IMG/VR virus record: IMGVR_UViG_3300020392_000009 | Coordinates: 27,672-91,671 of that record | Length of the DNA: 64,000 bases | DNA from: a virus | Reading direction: 5' to 3' (one strand) | In this document: positions 56,746 through 64,000 of the stretch, in pieces | Numbering within the stretch: the first letter of the stretch is position 1 | How the letters are laid out: every line of letters starts with the position of its first letter | Translations under genes and position numbers: made by a program | Notes under the pieces: generated by a model | What the model was told of the DNA's origin: nothing | Databases searched by the model: none | The model's input: only the letters and a program-made list of their open reading frames with translations

Positions 56746-57114
56746 ATGACAACCATTAACATACCGCAAGCACCTGAAATCCCTGAGTGGATTGAAAAAT
56801 ATGGGTATGTAGATATTTTTTCATTTTTTGCTTATGGTAAACTATCTCAAGATGATGTTGATTTACTCATCAAAGGATTAATGATAGCATCCGATTTCAA
56901 TACTTTTGATAAAATAGCAATAGCGTTTGATTACATCGGAGAAGATGAAGCAAGGGCAGTAATGAAATACAGAGGAACTAGTATCAAATTTGTCTTCGCC
57001 GGAGGGTATGCAGTGGTAGAAGATTTGCTCATTTTTACAGTATTAGATGGTATAAATTACCTAAGATTCAAGGGAGATTATGTAGGATATACAAGGGGAG
57101 AATCGAATGTATAG
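56746..57114 (+). CDS. Hypothetical protein
   Basis: 122 aa with a GGTGA RBS. Confidence 0.6.
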   Translation: MTTINIPQAPEIPEWIEKYGYVDIFSFFAYGKLSQDDVDLLIKGLMIASDFNTFDKIAIAFDYIGEDEARAVMKYRGTSIKFVFAGGYAVVEDLLIFTVLDGINYLRFKGDYVGYTRGESNV

Positions 57115-57505
57115 TAAAGAAACACTAGCAGGAATAATACTATCTAATGCTACTTTACAGATACAGGTAAATCAAGATTTAGCATATAAATTAGGGTATT
57201 CCTTAAAAATCAAAGTAGTGTTGAGAGGCAGACCCGAATATTTAGAAGCAATATACAGAAGCCTATTACAACAACAGATTAATTCTACAATTAGATTAGT
57301 CGAAAGTAAAAATCGGCCAAAACCAATACTGTTTATTAGTAGATTGAGTGATTTAATGAAACTTCAATTACTTATACCTAGAAACATACCCGCTAATAAA
57401 TTTGATAGAAGAGTATTTGAACGACTAATAGAAATCTTAAGTAAAAAAGAACATCTAACTCTAAAGGGTCTAGATGAAATATTAAAAATAAAAGAGGCCT
57501 TATAA
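57107..57505 (+). CDS. Degenerate LAGLIDADG-fold protein
   Basis: LAGIILSNA at the motif position; C-terminal KKEHLTLKGLDEILKIK is typical of LAGLIDADG endonucleases. Confidence 0.6.
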   Translation: MYSKETLAGIILSNATLQIQVNQDLAYKLGYSLKIKVVLRGRPEYLEAIYRSLLQQQINSTIRLVESKNRPKPILFISRLSDLMKLQLLIPRNIPANKFDRRVFERLIEILSKKEHLTLKGLDEILKIKEAL

Positions 57506-58347
57506 TGGGACTAATAAATATAAATAAAGAAAAACCAATAATCATAGTAGGTAAAGTTGGAACAGGAAAAACAACTCAAGCCAAAAAACAACTACCTAAT
57601 GCTAGAATAGTTTACGCAAATGATTGCGATATAGATATATTTTCTCTGTCTAGAGATAATGGATTAATAATAGAAGATGTTCATTTTAAACCAGACACTA
57701 AGATTATCTTAACTATAATTAGAAATTTTAGAGGTAAACTGATTCTAACTTCAATAAATCAAAAATCTATTCCTAAGCAAATAAAAACTATGTGTAAAAT
57801 AAAAAGAGCAGGAAAAGAAAACTTTCTAAGAGAGAGTATAAATACTCTAGCACCTAGAAGTGTAGAACCTAACTCCTATGAAAGAGACACCTTTTCTCTA
57901 GTTCAAGACTATCTTAGAACTAAGGATAGAGAACTAATCTGTGAGTTATTGAAGTTTAACAAACCCAGTGATATACAACTACTATCATGGTTAGATAATA
58001 ATATTCATCCTAACAAAATAATGTTTGTTGATAGGGTAGTAAAGAGAAGATGGAAGTTAGATTATTTCTATGAACTTCTTAGTTACAGTCATGATGGTAA
58101 TCACTTTGGTAGAACTGAAATGCCAAAAAGGGGTTCTTATTCTAAGATGCCTTATTTAGCAAGAAAGATGAAAATAAAAGATTTTAGAGTATTTAAACAA
58201 CTACTCGCAGATGACGAATTTAAAGCATATGTTGGAACTAAAATGAGCAATACAGATTATCGTAGTTTAGGCTTAGGTGAAAAGATAAAAATTAAAAAAC
58301 AAAAGAAGCCGGAACAATACCAAAAGACATTGGGTGATTATCTATGA
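57505..58347 (+). CDS. AAA+ ATPase, candidate clamp-loader large subunit
   Basis: GKVGTGKT, LIIEDV; near the RFC small subunit. Confidence 0.55.
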   Translation: MGLININKEKPIIIVGKVGTGKTTQAKKQLPNARIVYANDCDIDIFSLSRDNGLIIEDVHFKPDTKIILTIIRNFRGKLILTSINQKSIPKQIKTMCKIKRAGKENFLRESINTLAPRSVEPNSYERDTFSLVQDYLRTKDRELICELLKFNKPSDIQLLSWLDNNIHPNKIMFVDRVVKRRWKLDYFYELLSYSHDGNHFGRTEMPKRGSYSKMPYLARKMKIKDFRVFKQLLADDEFKAYVGTKMSNTDYRSLGLGEKIKIKKQKKPEQYQKTLGDYL

Positions 58348-58622
58348 AACATACTATACATGGATATCAATGCATCCACTGTGGAAAAGGCATGAGATTA
58401 ACTAAAAGAAGTAGATTATCTTCAACTACTAAACTTTGTTTTGCTTGTATTAGTAATAGAGATAATTTACCTGAAAGATACTTTTGTGAAGGTATTTCTA
58501 AATCTACTGGAAAGAGATGTAAAAAAATAACAATGGAGCAATATTGCGCTCAACATAAGAATGGAGATGAAAATAATGAGACACAAGTTAGCAAAAAAGA
58601 GAATAACAAAAATGTTAGATGA
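58344..58622 (+). CDS. Cys-rich Zn-finger protein
   Basis: CIHC, CFAC, CEG..KSTGKRC...YCAQH. Confidence 0.6.
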   Translation: MKHTIHGYQCIHCGKGMRLTKRSRLSSTTKLCFACISNRDNLPERYFCEGISKSTGKRCKKITMEQYCAQHKNGDENNETQVSKKENNKNVR

Positions 58623-58800
58623 AGATAATTTAACAACAGGGCAAATAAAAGAAAAACTAATTAATGCAAAAACCGCAACGGGTAGACCCTCTGTAAAGGG
58701 AATACTAACTAATAATCAATTACAAATGGTTCTAAGTCAAAACTATCGTAAGGTTAGTTTTTGCTCTAAGACAAGACAAGTAATATGGGGGAATAAATAA
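58561..58800 (+). CDS. Small wHTH-like protein
   Basis: LTTGQIKEKL...NNQLQMVLS...VIW. Confidence 0.5.
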   Translation: MEMKIMRHKLAKKRITKMLDEDNLTTGQIKEKLINAKTATGRPSVKGILTNNQLQMVLSQNYRKVSFCSKTRQVIWGNK

Positions 58801-58921
58801 TGGGATTTGAAATAGTAGTATTATTATTTTTGGCAGGTTTTCTTTATTGGTTAGGAGGCCTACTGATGCCGGAATTTAAACCAATACAACAAGAACTGAT
58901 TAAATATGAGGAGGAATAAAA

Positions 58922-59146
58922 ATGAAAAGTGAAGAATTAGAAAGAAAAAGTGAAGAACTAAAATCGAAAGCATACGAAGCCGAGCAACTTGAACAACTAC
59001 TTGAACGGGCTGAAAGAGCAGAGGGCTATATTACTGATATTTTAGGTATGATAGGAGAGGTTGATATTCAAGAACCTCATGGTTGGCTAAGTGAAATTAT
59101 GTATGAATTAGTTAGAGAAATAGAATCTAAGTTGGAGGCTTTGTGA
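58922..59146 (+). CDS. Hypothetical coiled-coil protein
   Basis: Strong GGAGG RBS. Confidence 0.55.
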   Translation: MKSEELERKSEELKSKAYEAEQLEQLLERAERAEGYITDILGMIGEVDIQEPHGWLSEIMYELVREIESKLEAL

Positions 59147-59355
59147 TGAATGAATTAGAAACAATTAAGAGAGAATTAGAAATAATTAAGAGAAAATTAG
59201 AACTTTTAGATATTATAAATGATACTACTAACACTTTGGATTACGAAATACTAGCCAAATTAGAACGAGGTTTCTTCTTTAGAAGAAGTGAAGTAGAAGG
59301 ACTTTATGATAAGGAGATTCTTGATAAATATAAATATGAAGCGGAGAGAGTATAA
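59143..59355 (+). CDS. Hypothetical protein
   Basis: Coupled 70 aa. Confidence 0.55.
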   Translation: MMNELETIKRELEIIKRKLELLDIINDTTNTLDYEILAKLERGFFFRRSEVEGLYDKEILDKYKYEAERV

Positions 59356-60266
59356 TGTTATGGACAGAAAAATACAGACCAAGTAAATTAACTGAAATAA
59401 GAGGACAAACTAATTTTACAACAGATGCGTATAATTGGATTGAAGAAAACAATATGCCTAACTTGTTAATCTATGGTCAATACGGAACGGGTAAAACTGC
59501 GGCAAGTATTGTTTTAGCAAAGTCTATTCTAAAAGATGATTTCAAAAATAACTACATTGAAATCAATGCTTCGGATGATAGGAAACTAGAAACCGTTAGA
59601 ACGACAATTAAGAATGTAGCACAGAGTATGACTTTAGGTGATGCACCATTTAGAATAATTCACCTAGATGAAATGGATGGTATGACAAGTGATGCTCAAA
59701 ATGCCTTGAAGAGAATCATGGAAAGATATGCTGACAATGTTAGATTCATCATAACCTGTAATGATAGGAACAAAATCATATTTGCTCTACAAAGCAGATG
59801 TGCAAACTACAACTTCAGGCCTGTATCTAATGAATCCATGCTCGAAGTAGTCAAGGATATTCTATCAAAAGAGAGGGTCACGACCTTTCAAGAAGAGGAC
59901 TTGAAGGAGTTTATATATTCTATGAATGGTGATTTACGCAGGGCAATTACTGAATTACAGGCCGCCAAATCAAGCAAGACCACACTTAAGAAACAGGTAG
60001 AATCGGGTCTAGAAGAATATCAAAAAATACTAATAAAAATAACAGATAAAAATTCCAACACAATTATTGATATGCACAATTTAATTTATGAGGGTAGGTC
60101 TATGAAAGAAATTTGTAACGGATTGCACGATGTTGTAATAGGTTCTACCGGATTAGATACAGCGCAGAAGTTCAAACTACTGCGTGTTATAGGAGAAGCC
60201 GAATGGCGTTCTTCGACAATGACTCCAAAGATATTAGCGTCATGGATGGTGGGGCAATTACTTTAG
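59355..60266 (+). CDS. rfcS: Replication factor C small subunit (clamp loader)
   Basis: LWTEKYRP, GQYGTGKT, EINASDDR, LDEMDGMT.DAQNALKR.ME, LQSRC, GDLRRAI. Confidence 0.93.
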   Translation: MLWTEKYRPSKLTEIRGQTNFTTDAYNWIEENNMPNLLIYGQYGTGKTAASIVLAKSILKDDFKNNYIEINASDDRKLETVRTTIKNVAQSMTLGDAPFRIIHLDEMDGMTSDAQNALKRIMERYADNVRFIITCNDRNKIIFALQSRCANYNFRPVSNESMLEVVKDILSKERVTTFQEEDLKEFIYSMNGDLRRAITELQAAKSSKTTLKKQVESGLEEYQKILIKITDKNSNTIIDMHNLIYEGRSMKEICNGLHDVVIGSTGLDTAQKFKLLRVIGEAEWRSSTMTPKILASWMVGQLL

Positions 60267-60290
60267 AGAAAAAAACAGGAGGTAAAGAAA

Positions 60291-61532
60291 ATGAATACTG
60301 AAATAAGTGAAGAAATGAAAAACGAAATAATGAAAAGTTTGCCATATATTGGAATGAACGAAGAAGAGGCAACAGCCAAATTCCTAGAAATTTGTGCTGA
60401 AAATGATATTGAGCCAACCAACCCTATTGCTAAGGGTCTTTGGCGAAACTATGTTGCCAACAAAAGAAGGATGGATAACTCCAACACTTCTAATAGCGGA
60501 AACAATGATTTGTTTAAAACCGCTACAGGCTTCTTTGTTCTTCTAGAAGAACCTAGAGATATGATGGCATGGAACAGAATGAAGGCTAAAGAGGAATTTA
60601 TGAGAGATTCCGACAATGCTCTAGAAAAGGGCTTTGTTGCTGTAGCAGAAGAAAAGGAAAATGGTTATCTAGTTTCTAGATATCATGATGGTGAATATAG
60701 AGAGGCAACTTTGTCTAAACTTCCCGAAGGTGCGGAAGAAAGTGATGATGGTCAAATCTTTATTCCACTTGATAATACTGCTGTCTATATGAATGGCGGT
60801 AAAAACGCTAACTATGGTAAGCCATTACCTAAAGAACTTATGAGAAGAATAGGTATCTTCTACGGAACTGTTACAGGTCAGTTTGAAGATATGAAACCCT
60901 ACTTCTTTTCCTACAAGAACAAAGGTGTAGACTTCAAACCAAAGACCTTTGATTGGGTTCAGTTTGTTTGTGTAGCAGGTTCTAATGGAACTGATATCTA
61001 TGGAGCAACTGATACCACACTAAAGACATTAAGAAGATGTGAGGATGTTAATCCGGATGATGATAAATATGTTAATGTCAGCATGCTTGATATGCAAGCA
61101 CTTGTTCAAAACAATTTTGATGATAACAAATGCGACCTAGTAGACCTTGATAGAGTTCATATCCTAAACCAAAATCTACCAACGAGAGAAAGATATGTTA
61201 TTACTCAAGGCTCTGTTGTTAGCCTAAACATGACACCAACATCTAATGGTAACAGAATACTGAACATAACAGATTTAACGGTAGAAATGGATTCATCTTC
61301 CTTTGAAGATGGCAGTCTATCTACTACTTGTTGGATTCCCGAAGCAATTGACATTGACTTTGGCATAGGTTCAGAGATTTTAGTTGCAGGGAGAACAAGC
61401 CAAAGAGTCATTGACGGTGAAGCAGACCCAGTTACAATTAATGTATCGGGAATGTATTGTCTATCTAAAGTAGGTCTAGCACCGGAAATCAGTGAAAGAC
61501 TAAGTGAGGAGAACTACGACGAGTGGCTTTGA
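60291..61532 (+). CDS. RPA-like ssDNA-binding protein (OB folds)
   Basis: C-terminal OB-like segment (GSVVSL...LNITD...FGIGSEILVAGR), acidic tail, replication context. Confidence 0.6.
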   Translation: MNTEISEEMKNEIMKSLPYIGMNEEEATAKFLEICAENDIEPTNPIAKGLWRNYVANKRRMDNSNTSNSGNNDLFKTATGFFVLLEEPRDMMAWNRMKAKEEFMRDSDNALEKGFVAVAEEKENGYLVSRYHDGEYREATLSKLPEGAEESDDGQIFIPLDNTAVYMNGGKNANYGKPLPKELMRRIGIFYGTVTGQFEDMKPYFFSYKNKGVDFKPKTFDWVQFVCVAGSNGTDIYGATDTTLKTLRRCEDVNPDDDKYVNVSMLDMQALVQNNFDDNKCDLVDLDRVHILNQNLPTRERYVITQGSVVSLNMTPTSNGNRILNITDLTVEMDSSSFEDGSLSTTCWIPEAIDIDFGIGSEILVAGRTSQRVIDGEADPVTINVSGMYCLSKVGLAPEISERLSEENYDEWL

Positions 61533-61641
61533 TTACTTTCCGAGGGAACTAATGCCCTTCTTCAACAAGTGTAAGTGTGAACTTGTGGAAAAAAATTGAT
61601 GCTCGAATGGGTGCGAAGCCTATTTCTAAGGAGAAATCAAA

Positions 61642-61905
61642 ATGAGTTTAATACAAGATAAATTACTAGTAAAACCAAATAGTTATGTTATTTCTTTGGA
61701 GGACATTACTTTTATTTCCTATAAGGAAAACGAATCAAAACATGAAGAATATTGGTTAAAATTATATTTTGGAGATATGGAATCTAGTAGATTCGTTAGA
61801 TATGTAGCAAGAACAAAAGACGAACTAAAAGAAATAGTGTATCAATGGGCGGGTCTAAAGGACATTGATATGACAGAAGATGACTTAGACAAATTACAGA
61901 GGTGA
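61642..61905 (+). CDS. Hypothetical protein
   Basis: 87 aa with an RBS. Confidence 0.6.
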   Translation: MSLIQDKLLVKPNSYVISLEDITFISYKENESKHEEYWLKLYFGDMESSRFVRYVARTKDELKEIVYQWAGLKDIDMTEDDLDKLQR

Positions 61906-62726
61906 TAAAAATGATGAATATAAAAACAAATACAGAACAAGCGAAGCAAATGACCAATAACGCTAGAGTTATTGCGTTTGCGGATAAACTAAAGAAACAA
62001 ACAAGTAAGAGGTTGTCTAGAAACAATAGACTACTTTGCGGTATTTGGGGAGAACCTAAAACTGTTAAGAGTGGTCTAGCGTTAGATTTTCCTAATAAGC
62101 AAGTTTATGTTTTAGATTGGGATAATGGTTGCGAACCAACATGGAGGCAAAACCACCAAATGACCGAAAGAATTACTTTGTGGAATCCCGAAGTAAGAAA
62201 TCAAAATGGAGAATTAGATATACAAAAGTCAGAAGCAAATTCAGAGGACTTTGTGTTATTTGTTAAGTCAAAGATAGAAGCAGGAGAAGATGTCTTGTTT
62301 GTTTTTGATGGAGTAGACAAATGGTTAGACTGTTGCACACTTCATGTAACAGGTTCTTCTAAAATAGGCAAACCACAAAAGATGAAGTTTGAATGGGGTA
62401 AAAGAAATGCACCATTTTATTCTTTATTGAAGATGTGCTTAAATCTAAATTGTGACCAAATCTACATTACTCATGCTAAGGCAGACTATGGGGCAACAGG
62501 TGAAGTTATTGGTTCTAAACCTAATTGGCACAATCTAGGAGATTTATTACACCAAATTATCTACACTAGAAGAACAAAAAGAAAGAACGATGTAGTCTAC
62601 AAAGCAGAACTACAAAGCAGTAAGTCTAATACTAAACTAGTTGGAAAGGTTTGGGAATCTCTAGAAATATCTAATGGAGAAGTAAAGTGGAATGGTCTTA
62701 AAGAACTAAAAGAGGGAAATATATGA
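61902..62726 (+). CDS. RecA-superfamily ATPase (Sak4/AAA_24-like annealing protein)
   Basis: GIWGEPKTVKS, VLDWDNG, FVFDGVD, YITHAK. Confidence 0.7.
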   Translation: MIKMMNIKTNTEQAKQMTNNARVIAFADKLKKQTSKRLSRNNRLLCGIWGEPKTVKSGLALDFPNKQVYVLDWDNGCEPTWRQNHQMTERITLWNPEVRNQNGELDIQKSEANSEDFVLFVKSKIEAGEDVLFVFDGVDKWLDCCTLHVTGSSKIGKPQKMKFEWGKRNAPFYSLLKMCLNLNCDQIYITHAKADYGATGEVIGSKPNWHNLGDLLHQIIYTRRTKRKNDVVYKAELQSSKSNTKLVGKVWESLEISNGEVKWNGLKELKEGNI

Positions 62727-63529
62727 AATTTGAAATACAAGCACAAGAACTTAAAAATTCTTTAGAGAAAATGGAAATGAAAGGCAAGTATGTTACAGTT
62801 GGCGGTTTCTCATCTTCTACTTTAGGTGAAAGTGTTTTGGCTTTCATAAGTGACAACGAACTTCATTTCATGAATGGTGATGCAACCACTATGGCACTTC
62901 TATCAGTAGAAATAAATAATCTAGAAGATGGAAGAGATACGCCATTTTGTTTCCAGTTTAAGGAACTAATGCCATTTCTTAAAGCATTTAGCGGTAACTT
63001 GTTCTTAGATATAAGTGAGGCTCAAATAGAAATAGCAACCGAAGATGACACTAACATAGTAAAAATACCTTTAATACAAACTCCAGATAATTTACAAACA
63101 GTGTATAACATGAGAGCCATGCTAACTCAATTTACTAACTATAATAGAATAGTAGAATTTATTGATGGAGACGAACTACCAATGTTTAACAAAACTAAGT
63201 TAGAGTGTGCTTCTATATTCAACAATGAAGAATTAACAAAGGCTCTAAAAACTTGTGAATTAATAGGCACAGGTATTTTTGAAATGACCCTAAATCATGA
63301 GGGTGAAATTTTCGATATTCGCTCTACTTTACCAAATAAAGAATACATACACACTATACAAGATGAGGAAGTAATAGTAGGAGAAGCATCAGTTAGTTTT
63401 ACTTCCCCCGTATATTCTTTCTTTGAGAAAAACTCTGATTTGATTCTTTTAACAAAGGATGATTCACCAATAATATTAATTGCAGAAGATAGAGTTTTAC
63501 TTCGTGCGCCAAGAGTTAGAGGAGATTAG
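62723..63529 (+). CDS. DNA sliding clamp (PCNA-like)
   Basis: 268 aa, two alpha/beta repeats, ends DSPIIL...LLRAPR; directly upstream of PolB. Confidence 0.65.
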   Translation: MKFEIQAQELKNSLEKMEMKGKYVTVGGFSSSTLGESVLAFISDNELHFMNGDATTMALLSVEINNLEDGRDTPFCFQFKELMPFLKAFSGNLFLDISEAQIEIATEDDTNIVKIPLIQTPDNLQTVYNMRAMLTQFTNYNRIVEFIDGDELPMFNKTKLECASIFNNEELTKALKTCELIGTGIFEMTLNHEGEIFDIRSTLPNKEYIHTIQDEEVIVGEASVSFTSPVYSFFEKNSDLILLTKDDSPIILIAEDRVLLRAPRVRGD

Positions 63530-63530
63530 A

Positions 63531-64000
63531 ATGATAATTAACGCCAGTAGAAATAAAAAACAAATATACAAATCATGGAGAGAAAATGGCGAAAAGAAGT
63601 TTGAAAGAGTAAAGTTTAGGCCTTATTTCTTTATCAAAGAAAGCGAAAGCAGACCCCCACACTACCAAGTTTCTAAATATGTTCAAGGTGAATTTGAATA
63701 CGAAGAGGGAGAGTTTTACAACTTACAAAAAGAAAAATTAGTAAAAGTGTATTATGAAAGTGGTGCAGATAGCAGGGCTAAAAATTGTTTTAGAGAAACC
63801 TTTGAAGCAGATGTTCCTTATCATTTTAGATACGCAGTAGACTGTATAGATGAAATGCCTGTTTATGAAATGCGTAAATGGTATTGGGATATGGAATGGC
63901 AACAAAGTGGAGAATATGATGGCTGTATTACTACTATTGTAGTGTATGATAACTATGATGAGAAATATTACCAATGGGTATGGCTTCCTAAATGGCCTTC
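63531..64000 (+). CDS. polB: Family B DNA polymerase, N-terminal part (runs off the right edge)
   Basis: ATG at 63531; FRPYFF, FEADVPYHFRY, WDME (ExoI DxE). Confidence 0.8.
   Translation, partial: MIINASRNKKQIYKSWRENGEKKFERVKFRPYFFIKESESRPPHYQVSKYVQGEFEYEEGEFYNLQKEKLVKVYYESGADSRAKNCFRETFEADVPYHFRYAVDCIDEMPVYEMRKWYWDMEWQQSGEYDGCITTIVVYDNYDEKYYQWVWLPKWP

Noticed and set aside
61590-61630. Possible hammerhead ribozyme or tRNA
   Set aside because: It lacks the CUGANGA/GAAA core and a cloverleaf; I recognised no tRNA anywhere in the window.
40330-63974. Minus-strand ORFs in the right arm (for example 53943..54401, 60187..60417, 63738..63974)
   Set aside because: They are antisense to well-supported plus-strand genes.

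Overview
This AT-rich window looks like part of the genome of a tailed dsDNA archaeal virus with an HK97-type head. The gene set (TFB, RFC, PCNA-like clamp, RPA-like SSB, PolB, two ATP-dependent ligases, GGTGA/GGAG ribosome-binding sites) most resembles marine Poseidoniales (MG-II) 'magrovirus'-type viruses. That assignment is inferred from gene content, not from a search. There are two divergent arms. The minus-strand arm (about 1-39.5 kb) holds morphogenesis and accessory genes: an Arf-like GTPase/membrane module, major capsid protein, protease-scaffold, a ligase inside the head module, portal, terminase, large putative internal proteins and many small accessory genes. The plus-strand arm (40.3-64 kb) holds replication and host-takeover genes: SF1 helicase, DenV-like glycosylase, Ubl/E1/JAB, TFB, GroES/GroEL, PC4-like, histone-like, ligase, clamp loader, SSB, RecA-like ATPase, clamp and the start of PolB. 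Between them is an AT-rich, repeat-containing region. Main findings: (1) about 29 mostly unrelated minus-arm proteins share a terminal W-x-[DNE]-I-[LI]-K tag, placed so that cleavage after lysine would remove it from either end, suggesting a capsid-targeting and cargo-loading system; (2) a six-gene tandem array with a constant N-terminus and variable body; (3) a dispersed viral ubiquitin-like system (Ubl with a blocked GG, E1, JAB and a possible E2-like protein); (4) an Arf/Sar-like GTPase next to membrane proteins; (5) a divergent histone-fold candidate, repeated palindromic operators and a candidate structured ncRNA. All calls are by eye, without database searches.
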